Made by a program: the position numbers and the translations under genes. 64,000 bases of DNA from Patescibacteria group bacterium (lineage in GTDB: Bacteria; Patescibacteriota; Patescibacteriia; Patescibacteriales; UBA12465), in assembly GCA_049318005.1 (NCBI GenBank), contig JBMOHE010000004.1, positions 1,480 to 65,479 on the forward strand, written 5' to 3'. How positions within the stretch are numbered: position 1 is the first letter of the stretch; each line of letters opens with the position of its first letter. A model generated the notes under the pieces. That model had not been told where the DNA came from, did no database searches, and saw nothing but the letters and a program-made list of their open reading frames with translations. Positions 1 through 10,346 of the stretch are shown piece by piece.

Positions 1-361
1 CTTTATTCTTCTCGCGCGGAATATGAGTATAGGTAATTTTCTTAAAATTTAAACTTAGATTATGAATAATCAAAAATAAAGGCGCTAAATCTTGATTCTT
101 AACTTTATATTCTCTTTTTAATTGCTTAACAACTAGCTCGCTATCTAAATAGCAATCAAGCTCACTCGCTCCGAGCTCAGTCGCTTTTTTTAGGGCAGCA
201 ATTAAAGCTTTATACTCGGCTTGATTATTAGTCGCAACCCCTAAATATTCAGATACTTCAGCGACTAATACTTTATTCTCATCATATAAAACTACTCCTA
301 TCCCTGATGGACCAGGATTCCCCCGCGCGCCTCCATCCGTATAAATAATTAATTTATTCAT
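1..361 (-). CDS. rnhA: Ribonuclease HI, C-terminus cut by window edge
   Basis: My translation of the - strand from ATG at 361 gives MNKLIIYTDGGARGNPGPSGIGVVLYDE...ATNNQAEYKALIAALKKA...DSELVVKQL...HIPREKN. These are type-1 RNase H motifs (DGG, GNPG, NNxAEY, DS). Absent from the ORF track because it runs off the window. Confidence 0.75.
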   Translation of the reverse strand, partial: MNKLIIYTDGGARGNPGPSGIGVVLYDENKVLVAEVSEYLGVATNNQAEYKALIAALKKATELGASELDCYLDSELVVKQLKREYKVKNQDLAPLFLIIHNLSLNFKKITYTHIPREKNK

Positions 362-362
362 A

Positions 363-387
363 TTTGTTTACTCCGCCTTGAGCGGAT
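363..387. repeat. 25-nt GC-rich hairpin-capable motif, copy A (tttgtttactccgccttgagcggat)
   Basis: 24/25 identical to 46484-46508. Overlaps the recJ stop codon and lies just upstream of the rnhA start on the - strand. Confidence 0.6.
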
Positions 388-2197
388 TTATGTCTATCAT
401 TTTTAATTGTGGCTCACGACGACCATTAAAATCATTTACTTCTAAATAATAAACCAAATCAACTCTATCGCCAACTGTATACTCTTTATAAGTTTCCGCT
501 CCACCGAAGGCAATCGCCCAAAAAGAATGAGCATTCCCAGTTACTGAGTCAACCGAAGAAAAACGAATTTTAATATGCTGGTTATCAAACCCCATAGTCG
601 TAATATCATCGATTCTCAAATCATAAGTAACAAATCTTGGTTGCTGATTATTCTGTCCGTAAGGGGCAAGTAGATTAATCTTATCAACTAGATCTAAATT
701 AATTTCCGAAAAATTTAATTCTGCTTCAATTCTTAGCTTAGGAACAAGGGCTGATTTTTCAATGTTATCCTCGGCTAATTTTTGAATAGCCGCAATAAAT
801 TTCTTTAAATTTTCTTCTGATTTAATTGAGAAACCACAAGCCATGGGATGGCCGCCATATTTATCTAAATTAGCTGTACATTTTTCAATAGCATTGATTA
901 AATTAAATTCCTCAACCGATCGACCAGAGCCTTTAAAGGCAACTATTTTAGGAACCAATTTTTTAGTAATTGGATCAAACTCTGCCGACTCAATTAAGCG
1001 CGTTATAATTAAAGTTGGTCGATAATATTTTTCCGTAATTTTTCCAGCTACTAAGCCAATTACCCCCTCATTCCAAATCTGATCCTCACCGGCGATACCA
1101 ACAATTAAATTAGGTAGATTATCCTTATCGATTTGCTCTTCTACGGCCGCAATTATTTCTTCAGTTATTTTCTGGCGACTAATATTACGATTATTAAGTT
1201 CAGTTGCTAATTCTTCTGCCTCGGCCTGATCAGTAGTTGTTAAAAGACCAAAAGCGGTATTAGCGTGACTTAAACGACTAGCCGCATTCAATCTCGGACC
1301 AAGCTGCCAACCGATATTCCAAGCCTCTAAAGGTTTACCTACATTAATCTTAGAAACTTTTATTAATTCATTCAGTCCTAAGCGCTTATTATTATTTAAA
1401 ACTTTTAAACCACTCTTAACAAGTAACCTATTTTCCCCTAATAAGCTAACCATATCAGCCACAGTTCCGACTGCCACCAAGTCCAAACTCTTGTCTAAAA
1501 TTAATTGCTTTTGTTTTTCCGGTAAACTTGATTTATAAAGTAAGGCGCTGATTAATTTAAAGGCAACTCCAACCCCAGCCAAATACGGCCAAGGGTAATT
1601 ATCTTTTTTATCAGCCGGGTCAATATATAAACACTGCGGCGCCTCTTTAGGGTCTTCTGGTAATACATGGTGATCAGTGATTATAATTTCTAAACCCTTA
1701 CTCTTTGCATAAGCCACTTCCTCGTGATTGCGAATACCATTATCAACCGTAATTAATAATTTAAAACCCTGGCTAACAATCGAATTAATCGCCGCCTTAT
1801 TTAAGCCATATCCCTCACTAACACGATCCGGCAAATATACCTCCGCATTAGCATGTAGAATTTTTAAAGTCTCAAGTAAAATAACCGAAGAGGTTACACC
1901 ATCGGCATCATAATCTCCGTAAACAACGATTGGGCTAGAATTTTTTATGTGGGAGATAATTAAATCGACCGCTGCCTCCATATTCTTGAATAAAAAAGGA
2001 TTATAAAAAGCATGCGTCTGGTTTTCACCTATCACTAAAGTTTTTTCACCATCCAACTCACTTTCTAAAAAAGCCTTGATATCAATTTTATTTTTCAAGT
2101 TGCGATTATATAGCAACTGCAAAAGAACCGGATTTATTTCCGGGTGTTCACTTAAAAAACCAGTATCTGCTTTAGGATAAAGTTGCCATTGCTTCAT
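368..2197 (-). CDS. recJ: Single-stranded-DNA-specific exonuclease RecJ
   Basis: 609-aa ORF with DHH-family motifs (VYGDYDADGVTS, TVDNG, ITDHH), a DHHA1-like region and RecJ-like length. Confidence 0.9.
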   Translation of the reverse strand: MKQWQLYPKADTGFLSEHPEINPVLLQLLYNRNLKNKIDIKAFLESELDGEKTLVIGENQTHAFYNPFLFKNMEAAVDLIISHIKNSSPIVVYGDYDADGVTSSVILLETLKILHANAEVYLPDRVSEGYGLNKAAINSIVSQGFKLLITVDNGIRNHEEVAYAKSKGLEIIITDHHVLPEDPKEAPQCLYIDPADKKDNYPWPYLAGVGVAFKLISALLYKSSLPEKQKQLILDKSLDLVAVGTVADMVSLLGENRLLVKSGLKVLNNNKRLGLNELIKVSKINVGKPLEAWNIGWQLGPRLNAASRLSHANTAFGLLTTTDQAEAEELATELNNRNISRQKITEEIIAAVEEQIDKDNLPNLIVGIAGEDQIWNEGVIGLVAGKITEKYYRPTLIITRLIESAEFDPITKKLVPKIVAFKGSGRSVEEFNLINAIEKCTANLDKYGGHPMACGFSIKSEENLKKFIAAIQKLAEDNIEKSALVPKLRIEAELNFSEINLDLVDKINLLAPYGQNNQQPRFVTYDLRIDDITTMGFDNQHIKIRFSSVDSVTGNAHSFWAIAFGGAETYKEYTVGDRVDLVYYLEVNDFNGRREPQLKMIDINPLKAE

Positions 2198-2217
2198 GGC
2201 GATATATAAAATTTAAA

Positions 2218-2316
2218 TTAATAAAACATTGTTCCGACCGAAATGGCAACCATTGAAATCATCACGATTAAAGACACTATTGTCCAAATTATTTTCACCG
2301 CTTTTTTTCTTATCAT
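2218..2316 (-). CDS. Possible 32-aa single-TM peptide
   Basis: Hand translation gives MIRKKAVKIIWTIVSLIVMISMVAISVGTMFY*. It sits in the recJ-lepA gap. No homology argument; it is short and below the track cutoff. Confidence 0.3.
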   Translation of the reverse strand: MIRKKAVKIIWTIVSLIVMISMVAISVGTMFY

Positions 2317-2367
2317 ATAATTTTATTAAAAAAATTGTTTAAAGGCAATTTAGCTTATTTAGCTTAT

Positions 2368-4191
2368 TTATCTTTTTAATATTTTTACAAAAGTATCGGG
2401 TGGGATATCAACACTTCCCTTACCAGCAGCCATCATTTTTTTCTTTCCCTTCTTCTGCTTCTCTAATAATTTACGTTTACGAGTCACATCACCGCCGTAT
2501 AATTTAGCGGTTACATCTTTACGCATCGCTGATATTTTTTCAGCGGCAATTACTTTGCCGTGAAGAGCGGCTTGAATTTTAACCGCAAACATCTGACGTG
2601 GTAAATTATTTTTTAAAATTTCGACAACCTCTCGTCCCTCACGCATCGCTTCGTCACGATAAACGATAGTCGCCAGGGCTTCAATAATATCCTCAGCAAC
2701 TAAAATATCCATTTTAACGACATCGGCCGGTCTATAATCTAAATATTCATAATTAATAGACGCGTATCCAGCAGAAACACTTTTAATCTTATCATAAAAA
2801 TCAGTTAAAATCGCTGCCATCGGAATTTCGTAATGTAAAATTACGCGCGCCTCATCGCTATCTGACGAAATATATTCAGTATTCTTGTAAATTCCTCTTT
2901 TTTCCTGAGCTAATTTAATAATATTGCCCATATAAGATTTAGGGGCAATAACATCAAGCGTAACCCAAGGCTCTTCGATAATATCAATATGGTTTGGGTC
3001 GGGTAATCTCTGGGGAGTTCTAATTATAAGTTCCTCACCATTACTTTTTAATACTTTATAAGCAACGCTAGGAACAGTCACGATTAAGTCTAAATTATAT
3101 TCACGTCTTAACCTTTCTTGAAAAACTTCAAGATGAAGTAAACCTAAAAATCCACAGCGAAAACCAAAACCAAGGGCGTCGGATCTTTCCGGCTCGTAAG
3201 ATAAGGCGGCGTCATTTAGCTTTAATTTATCCATCGCCTCACGAAGTTCCTTGAAATCATTTCCCTCACGTGGAAAAATTCCAGCAAAAACCATTGGTTT
3301 AACGTCTTTATAACCATGTAAGACCTCAATCTTACTAAAATTAGCTACACCGCTATTAGCAGTTAATGTATCGCCAACGCGACAATCACCAACAGTCTTA
3401 AAGCCAGTAATAATATATCCAATATCGCCAGGATTTAATTCGCCAGTTGATAAATAATCGGGTTTAAAAATTCCACAATCTAAAACCTCGCTTTCAACCC
3501 TCATTGATAGAAGACGAATCTTGTCCCCTTTTTTAATAGTTCCATTAAAAACTCTAACATAAGCAACAACGCCACGATAAATATCGTACTTTGAATCAAA
3601 AATTAAAGCTCGAGGAAAATCATTACCGTTCTCCATCTTTATATCTCTTGGCGGTAAACCTTTTTTAATTACCTCGTCTAAAACAGATTCAACTCCTTCG
3701 CCCGTTTTTCCTGAACAACAAAAAATTTCATCCTCTTCACAACCTAATAATTTAATAATTTCTCTTTTTGTTTTTGGAACATCAGCGGCTGGTAAATCGA
3801 TTTTATTTACAACTGGAATAATAGTTAAATTTTGTTCAACTGCTAAATATAAATTAGCTAAAGTCTGGGCCTGAATACCCTGAGTACAGTCAACTAAAAG
3901 AACGGCTGCCTCAACGGCGGCCAAAGAACGAGAGACTTCATAGGAAAAATCAACGTGACCAGGAGTATCAATCAAATTAAGCTTATGGCCTTTATAGTCC
4001 ATAGTTACTGGCTGTAATTTAATTGTGATTCCCCTTTCACGCTCAATATCCATGCCGTCTAAAATCTGGTCTTTCATCTTTCGCTTATCAACCGTGCCGG
4101 TAATCTCAAGCATGCGGTCAGCTAGAGTAGATTTTCCATGGTCTATATGAGCGATTATACAGAAATTTCTTATTTTACTAATATCCATCAT
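2368..4191 (-). CDS. lepA: Elongation factor 4 (LepA)
   Basis: GTPase motifs IIAHIDHGKSTL, DTPGHVDF and NKID plus a LepA-type C-terminal domain. The track ORF begins at an upstream TTG; the first ATG (MMDISK) at 4191 is preferred. Confidence 0.95.
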   Translation of the reverse strand: MMDISKIRNFCIIAHIDHGKSTLADRMLEITGTVDKRKMKDQILDGMDIERERGITIKLQPVTMDYKGHKLNLIDTPGHVDFSYEVSRSLAAVEAAVLLVDCTQGIQAQTLANLYLAVEQNLTIIPVVNKIDLPAADVPKTKREIIKLLGCEEDEIFCCSGKTGEGVESVLDEVIKKGLPPRDIKMENGNDFPRALIFDSKYDIYRGVVAYVRVFNGTIKKGDKIRLLSMRVESEVLDCGIFKPDYLSTGELNPGDIGYIITGFKTVGDCRVGDTLTANSGVANFSKIEVLHGYKDVKPMVFAGIFPREGNDFKELREAMDKLKLNDAALSYEPERSDALGFGFRCGFLGLLHLEVFQERLRREYNLDLIVTVPSVAYKVLKSNGEELIIRTPQRLPDPNHIDIIEEPWVTLDVIAPKSYMGNIIKLAQEKRGIYKNTEYISSDSDEARVILHYEIPMAAILTDFYDKIKSVSAGYASINYEYLDYRPADVVKMDILVAEDIIEALATIVYRDEAMREGREVVEILKNNLPRQMFAVKIQAALHGKVIAAEKISAMRKDVTAKLYGGDVTRKRKLLEKQKKGKKKMMAAGKGSVDIPPDTFVKILKR

Positions 4192-4214
4192 ACTAAAAAA
4201 ACACAAATAATAAA

Positions 4215-5861
4215 TTAAACTCCTCTTGCTTCACCTTGATCATCAATCTTAACTTTTTTAAAAGGAAATCTATTTTTCAAAGCAGTTAAAAAACCAAATA
4301 ATTCCTCGCTCTTAAGCAAATAGCAAAAGAAAGCATAAACTAAAACTCCAACTAAGGCCGAAGAAGACAATTGAATGAAAACACCACTAAACTTAGTCAT
4401 ATCAATAAATGGCCAGACAACAACCTTCATAAGTTGAGCTGCCAATCCGGCGCCAATTGCGCTGGCAGTAAATTTTAACACAGAACTTAGAATATTGCTA
4501 ATGTCTAAACTGCCCACTGAAAAGCAAAGCCAAAGCCATAAAATAAGGAAATTTAAGATATTAGCGATTGAAAAGGCTAAGGCTAGGCCAGCCACACCCA
4601 TCGATGGCGCGAACAAATATGATAAGCAAATATTTATAGCAACTGTAAATAAACCAAGATAAAAAGGCGTTGACGAATCATGCCGAGCATAAAAAACTCT
4701 TATTAAAAGTGGCGCTGTCGCTTGAGCAAATAAACTAAGCGCAAAATATCCGAGCGTGTTCATCGTTAATACCGTATCCTGCCAGTCAAAATTTCCACTT
4801 CCCAAAACTACACGGATGATTTGAGCACGAAGTGTAATTATCAAAACCGTTGCCGGAACAATAAAAAATAAAATCTGACGCATTGTTTGTGAAAAACTCT
4901 CGCTCAGTTTTTCTTTATCAAAGGCGGCAGCTGATAAAGACGGAAAAGCGGCGATCGCAAAAGAAATGCCAAAAATTCCAATCGGAAATGACTGCAAGTT
5001 ATTCGCTAAATTAAAAATAGATAGAGACCCACTTGAAAGACTTGAGGCAATAATAGTTATCACAACCAAATTAATCTGTGAAATTGCCAAACTTAAAGTA
5101 CGCGGAACCATCATCTTCCAGATTTTCCAAGTATTTACGTCGTGCCAAGCTATTTTAAGACTATATCTAAAACCTAATTGATAAATAGCTGGAATCTGGA
5201 TTGCCATATGTAAGAATGCGCCTAAGACTACTCCCCACGCTAGCCCATATAACCCCCACCAATTAACAAAATATAAGGCCCCTAAAATAATTCCAAAATT
5301 ATAGAAAATTGGCGCGAGTGAATAAATGAAGAATCTTTTAAATGACTGCAGGGCGCCACCCAAAATTCCCGAGATACCTAAAAATAATGGAGATAAAAAC
5401 ATTACCCTAGTTAAAGCACTGGTAATAGCCTGCTCTTCGGCGTTAAAGCCAGGTGTAATTAAACGAGTTAAAAAGGGCGCAAAAATAATACCAATAGCCG
5501 AAAGAACGGCTAATCCAATTAATAAAAAGTTTAAAACATTATTTGCTAAATCCCAAGCCTCTTTATTATGGTTGCCAGGGTCGCAATTATTTTTATTTTC
5601 ACAAGAGAAGTCTTTGATTAAAGAAGTAAAGATTGGCACAAATCCAGCTGATAATGCTCCTAATACAATTAAATTAAAAATTAGATCAGGAATTCTAAAG
5701 GCCGCATAATAAATATCTAGCGTTGTGCTCGCACCAAATTGACCAGCTAAAATTCTATCGCGAACGACACCCAAAAGACGAGAGGCAAGCGAAGATATTG
5801 CCACTAAAGCGGCCGCGACCGTAATGCTATTAATTTGTTGATGAAAAATCTTCTTAAACAT
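4215..5861 (-). CDS. murJ: Lipid II flippase MurJ/MviN family
   Basis: 548-aa polytopic membrane protein with a MurJ-like N-terminus (SRLLGVVRDRILAGQFGAS..DIYYAAFRIPD). Confidence 0.85.
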   Translation of the reverse strand: MFKKIFHQQINSITVAAALVAISSLASRLLGVVRDRILAGQFGASTTLDIYYAAFRIPDLIFNLIVLGALSAGFVPIFTSLIKDFSCENKNNCDPGNHNKEAWDLANNVLNFLLIGLAVLSAIGIIFAPFLTRLITPGFNAEEQAITSALTRVMFLSPLFLGISGILGGALQSFKRFFIYSLAPIFYNFGIILGALYFVNWWGLYGLAWGVVLGAFLHMAIQIPAIYQLGFRYSLKIAWHDVNTWKIWKMMVPRTLSLAISQINLVVITIIASSLSSGSLSIFNLANNLQSFPIGIFGISFAIAAFPSLSAAAFDKEKLSESFSQTMRQILFFIVPATVLIITLRAQIIRVVLGSGNFDWQDTVLTMNTLGYFALSLFAQATAPLLIRVFYARHDSSTPFYLGLFTVAINICLSYLFAPSMGVAGLALAFSIANILNFLILWLWLCFSVGSLDISNILSSVLKFTASAIGAGLAAQLMKVVVWPFIDMTKFSGVFIQLSSSALVGVLVYAFFCYLLKSEELFGFLTALKNRFPFKKVKIDDQGEARGV

Positions 5862-5865
5862 AATA

Positions 5866-7446
5866 CTATCTTAACGTCTTATCTAAATTAAGCAAGCGCT
5901 GATAGGCAGCATAATAATAAGGATTAGAGTTTAAAGCCGCCCTAAATAACGGAATAGCTAAATCATATCTTCTTTGGCTATAATATAAATTTCCTAAATT
6001 ATATAAAGCCTTATCATACTCCGGATACATAATAAGCTCGTTTTTATATTCTTTTTCAGCTTGTCCGTAATTACCCCTTTCCTGATAAATTAAACCAATA
6101 TTATTATGGACCATGGGCTCATTAGGGCTAAGCTCCAAAGTCTTATTATAATTTATTAAAGCTAAATCAGAATTACCTTCTAAATAATACATAGCCCCCA
6201 TATTTTTTTGCGCTAATGGTGAGTGCGGAGAATCACTAACGGCTGATTTCCAAAAAGATAAACGGTTAGAAAATTTAGCACTATGCCAAAGAGTAAGGGC
6301 GGCCAGAATTATCAAAATCAAAGCACAGATAATTCTAGTATTTTTTTTGTTAAAATCTAAATTTTTAATCCAGTCTATTTCCGAAATAACAATTAAAAAA
6401 CCAATCAATGGAAGATAAAGTCTATGTTCTAAAATGAAAGGAGCGGCTGATGAAATTGCAAAGGGGGGGATAAAAAACATCAAAAACCAAGCTGAGCCAA
6501 AAATTATATAGTCCCAACGTTTCTCTCGGGATAAAAATAAAGCAATAAATAAAAGTGGCCAAGCAAAAAAACTTAAAAGTAACGATGAATCAGCCGGAAC
6601 AGGTAAAACCGATAAATTAAAAGGTAAGATCATTTTTGCGCCAAGAATGAAGGCTCCCGAAATATTATTAAAAACAGAAAGACCGGCCGCAAAGATTCCA
6701 ATATTTTCCTGTGAAAAAACATAACTTCGCATCAAATACCAAATAAACATAGCCGCAAAAGAAGTAACAACTAGAAGCATTCTATCACTCTTAAAAATAT
6801 AGTCACGACGCCCAATTGTCAAAAGATAAATAAGGACTAAGAAAGGAAAAAAAATAGCCGTTTCTTTAGTTAGAAGCGCTATAAAAAAGAATATTGAATA
6901 ACCCAGCAAAGAAATTGGCCTCGGTCGCAAAGAAAAACTAAGGAGACAAAGAAAAGAGGCTAGAATGAAAATTGTTACGAGCGAATCATTTCTTCCTGGT
7001 AGCCAGGCGACTGCTTGAGTTAAAACTGGATGGAACAAAAAAATCAAGGAAAGAAAGAAAGCTAAATTTTTATTTTTTAAAATCTTTTTAAGCACAATAA
7101 ATAGCAAAAAAACGGCAATAATATGGAGAAAAATATTATCTAAATGAAATATAAAAAAATTATCAACCCCATTTTGGGCATCAAGCATAAAGGACAAGTT
7201 TAGAAATGGTCGATAAAAAAAGTTAGCTCCTGAAGAAAATACATCTGTCGAAAAAACAGTCGGTATATTTTTTATATCCTTAATGATCTCATAACGATCA
7301 ATAAGCAAGGTGTTATCATCAAGATAAGTCAAATCATAAGAAAGTGTTTGCGCATAAAGCAGAAAACCTAAAGTAAAAATAATAAAATACGGCCGCCAAG
7401 AACGAAGCGAAAACCAATTATTAAATTTTTCCTTAAATAAAAACAT
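5866..7446 (-). CDS. GT-C type (PMT/ArnT/TMTC-like) membrane glycosyltransferase with C-terminal TPR repeats
   Basis: Many TM segments followed by clear TPR repeats (..GNSDLALINYNKTLELSPNEP.., ..GNYGQAEKEYKNEL..). Start moved to the internal ATG at 7446 to remove the overlap with the upstream gene. Confidence 0.6.
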   Translation of the reverse strand: MFLFKEKFNNWFSLRSWRPYFIIFTLGFLLYAQTLSYDLTYLDDNTLLIDRYEIIKDIKNIPTVFSTDVFSSGANFFYRPFLNLSFMLDAQNGVDNFFIFHLDNIFLHIIAVFLLFIVLKKILKNKNLAFFLSLIFLFHPVLTQAVAWLPGRNDSLVTIFILASFLCLLSFSLRPRPISLLGYSIFFFIALLTKETAIFFPFLVLIYLLTIGRRDYIFKSDRMLLVVTSFAAMFIWYLMRSYVFSQENIGIFAAGLSVFNNISGAFILGAKMILPFNLSVLPVPADSSLLLSFFAWPLLFIALFLSREKRWDYIIFGSAWFLMFFIPPFAISSAAPFILEHRLYLPLIGFLIVISEIDWIKNLDFNKKNTRIICALILIILAALTLWHSAKFSNRLSFWKSAVSDSPHSPLAQKNMGAMYYLEGNSDLALINYNKTLELSPNEPMVHNNIGLIYQERGNYGQAEKEYKNELIMYPEYDKALYNLGNLYYSQRRYDLAIPLFRAALNSNPYYYAAYQRLLNLDKTLR

Positions 7447-7478
7447 AAAATTATTAAATGAATAATAATTAAAAAATT

Positions 7479-8192
7479 TTACTTTAAAAAACCAAACAAA
7501 TATTTTAAGGCAACGCCGACGGTAGAAGTCCCATACCTTAAACTTCTCCAAAAATTTATTGAAGACGCCTCTTTAAAGTAACGAACCGGAACGGGAATCT
7601 CACCAATTCTGTATTTATGCGCCACTGCCTTAAAAAGCATTTCACTATCAAAAACAAAATCGTCAGAATTAGTTTGCCAATTAATTTTTTCTAAAACCTC
7701 CCTTTTGTAGGCTCTCATGCCAGTATGCCATTCTGATAAATTATATCCCGAAATAAAATTTTCTAGAATTGTTAAAGCGCGATTGGAAATATACTTATAT
7801 AAAGGCATGCCTCCCGCTAAAACTTCTTTGCGACTTCTAATTCGCGTGCCCAGCATGATATCAAAATAATCCTCTGCTAAAAATTTAGCAAAAAAATTAA
7901 TAAGTTTTGGGTCATACTGATAATCAGGGTGTATCATGACGACTATATCAGCGCCATGCTCAAGAGCGAGCTTATAACAATCTTTCTGATTAGCACCGTA
8001 GCCCCCATTTTTTTCTCGCGAGTATACAAATAGACCCAATTCTTTAGCGATTGTAGTCGTGCCATCATGGCTTTTATCATCAACTAAAATTATTTCATCA
8101 ACCATATCGGGGATATCAGAAACCGTCATCTCAAGAGTTGAGGCCGCATTATAGGCTGGAAGAACTACGATAATTTTTTTTTGATAATACAT
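7479..8192 (-). CDS. Family-2 glycosyltransferase (polyprenyl-phosphate sugar synthase-like)
   Basis: GT-A signature VVLPAYNAAS..VDDKSHDGT and a DPM1-like size of 237 aa. Confidence 0.8.
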   Translation of the reverse strand: MYYQKKIIVVLPAYNAASTLEMTVSDIPDMVDEIILVDDKSHDGTTTIAKELGLFVYSREKNGGYGANQKDCYKLALEHGADIVVMIHPDYQYDPKLINFFAKFLAEDYFDIMLGTRIRSRKEVLAGGMPLYKYISNRALTILENFISGYNLSEWHTGMRAYKREVLEKINWQTNSDDFVFDSEMLFKAVAHKYRIGEIPVPVRYFKEASSINFWRSLRYGTSTVGVALKYLFGFLK

Positions 8193-8200
8193 AAAAATCT

Positions 8201-10186
8201 CTAAACAATTATTCTAACATCCCCGGCCTGACAACCTTTTTCAAAAATAAACATCGGATTAATATCAAATTCTTTTATTTCTGGATGTTCATTGGCAATT
8301 TTAGATAAATTAACTAGCGCCTTAGCAAGACTTTTAGTGTCATATTTTTTCTTACCACGAGCTCCGTTAAGAATTGGGTAAATTCGTAAGTCTGCGATTA
8401 CTTCAGACGCTTGTTTAATATCTAAATCGCTAGTCGCTAATTTTACCTCCTTAAAAACTTCAGCATAAATACCTCCTAGCCCTATCATCATGATAGGTCC
8501 GAAAGAAACGTCTCTTTTAAACCCAAGGATAATTTCTTGAAAATGACTAGCCATTTCTGAAATAATTAAATAATTATTTCGATTTATAAGTGCTGTTTTA
8601 TTCTGTTTTTCTAATAGACTAACAGCCGACCTTAGAGCGGTTTCATTTTTTAAATTTACAATTACCGCATTCTTATCAGTCTTATGAAGAAAATCTGGGC
8701 CAATTGCCTTGAGAACAACTGGATACTTATAAGAGGCTACCTTATTTTTATCATATTTAACTGTTTTAACTGTTTCTATCCCATATTCACGCAAGAATTC
8801 TAAAGACTTTAAATAATCAGTAGTAGTTAAGGGGGATTTTATTTTTACTTTCGGCACTTTATACTCTTTGATTGTGCTTAAAGTTTTTTTATAAGAAATT
8901 AATTTTTTAAAACTTCTAACTGCTTCTTCGGGATAATCAAAAGTTGGGATATTATTTTTTTCAAATAAATCACGGGCTTCCGCAATTGCCTCTCCGCCAA
9001 CAAAACTAGTCATGATTAATTTTTTTGGATATTTCTTGGCATAGGCAATAATTGCTTCAGCTGTCTTTAAAGGTTCGGTTGAAGTTTGAGGAGTTAGTAA
9101 AACTAAAAGATTATTTATTTTTTTATCCGCTAGCATTACTTTAAGACCATTCTCATAACGAGCCGCGTCAGCGTCTCCTAGCAAATCCCAACTTCTACCA
9201 AAAGGCAAATTCTGACGAGAAATTTCATCGACTGTCAGAACTGCGACGCCACCAGCGTTGGTCATTACATATAACTCCTGATTTAAAGTACTACGGCAAG
9301 ATTCTTTTCTAAATAATAATAAAAGACTAAATAGTTCTTCAAGATTTTCTAACCAAATAGCTCCTGATCTCTTAACTCCAGTTTCAACTGCTGCATTAGA
9401 ACCAGCAAGCGACCCCGTATGAGATAGGGCTAACTGACCCCCAGCAGCGCTCTGCCCCGCTTTTAAAATTGCGACCGGTTTTTTCTTAGCAAGCCTTGAA
9501 ACTAGGCTCATAAATTTTTCACCATCTTTTATTTCCTCTAAATATGCAACCACTAAATCAATTCTATTATCAGTTGCTAAATAGTCAATAATTTTATTTT
9601 CATCAAGCACAGCCTTATTTCCAAGGCTTATAAAATAACCAAAATTAAAATCTTTTACTTTTAACCAATCAAGCGCAGCCGAACCAACCGCGCCAGACTG
9701 TGATAGAAGCGCAATACTTCCGGTCGCAGTATCAGCGGAGGCAAAAGTTGCATTTAATTTATGCCAAGTATTAATAAGCCCTAAGCAATTTGGGCCAAGA
9801 ATATGAAGATGATGACGACTAGCAATACTGGCAATCTCTAACTCTAGTTTTTTCCCTTCATCGCCCGCCTCTTTAAAACCTGCAGTAATAATAATAATAT
9901 TTTTTATTCCTAACTGAGCACATTTAATAACTTCCGATAATACGAATTGAACCGGGATAGCAATAACAACTAAAAGGGTTTCATATTCAGAATGCGGCAA
10001 CTTATCTAAACTAGGATAAGCCTTAAAGCCGGCCACTTTATCTTCTCTTAAGTTAATAGGGAAAATTATACCTTTAAACCCACCGGCAATAATATTATCA
10101 AGTACTTGGCGACCAATTTTTACTTTATCACTTGATGCGCCAATAACAGCGACTGATTTAGGATTGAAAAAATACTTTAAAGACAT
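8201..10186 (-). CDS. ADP-forming acetyl-CoA synthetase (fused alpha/beta, ACD type)
   Basis: CoA-binding N-terminus (SVAVIGAS), succinyl-CoA-synthetase-like motifs (GPNCLG, SQSGA) and a C-terminal ATP-grasp domain. Confidence 0.8.
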   Translation of the reverse strand: MSLKYFFNPKSVAVIGASSDKVKIGRQVLDNIIAGGFKGIIFPINLREDKVAGFKAYPSLDKLPHSEYETLLVVIAIPVQFVLSEVIKCAQLGIKNIIIITAGFKEAGDEGKKLELEIASIASRHHLHILGPNCLGLINTWHKLNATFASADTATGSIALLSQSGAVGSAALDWLKVKDFNFGYFISLGNKAVLDENKIIDYLATDNRIDLVVAYLEEIKDGEKFMSLVSRLAKKKPVAILKAGQSAAGGQLALSHTGSLAGSNAAVETGVKRSGAIWLENLEELFSLLLLFRKESCRSTLNQELYVMTNAGGVAVLTVDEISRQNLPFGRSWDLLGDADAARYENGLKVMLADKKINNLLVLLTPQTSTEPLKTAEAIIAYAKKYPKKLIMTSFVGGEAIAEARDLFEKNNIPTFDYPEEAVRSFKKLISYKKTLSTIKEYKVPKVKIKSPLTTTDYLKSLEFLREYGIETVKTVKYDKNKVASYKYPVVLKAIGPDFLHKTDKNAVIVNLKNETALRSAVSLLEKQNKTALINRNNYLIISEMASHFQEIILGFKRDVSFGPIMMIGLGGIYAEVFKEVKLATSDLDIKQASEVIADLRIYPILNGARGKKKYDTKSLAKALVNLSKIANEHPEIKEFDINPMFIFEKGCQAGDVRIIV

Positions 10187-10346
10187 ATATTTTATTTTTT
10201 TATTAAGCTAAATAAACCGCTAACAAACACCATGACAAAAATATAATTGATATTTAAATAAGATAAGATTATGTTTGGAAAAATAATTTCCAAAACAATA
10301 AAAACGACTAGCAAGCTAGAGAAAAAATAAAATATTTCTCGACTTA

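Noticed and set aside
4966-5709. + strand ORFs inside murJ (71 and 127 aa), and similar internal antisense ORFs in recJ, rpoB, rpoC, ftsK, polA, murD, the RT, the HTH gene, the M23 gene and the large hypotheticals
   Set aside because: Each is fully nested opposite a long, motif-supported CDS. These are typical shadow ORFs in AT-rich DNA.
7447-7551. N-terminal extensions offered by the track (also 21774-21842, 32155-32175, 33365-33421, 37660-37704, 53343-53426, 4192-4206)
   Set aside because: The extensions overlap upstream genes or add non-conserved residues ahead of well-known N-terminal signatures. Internal ATG starts fit better.
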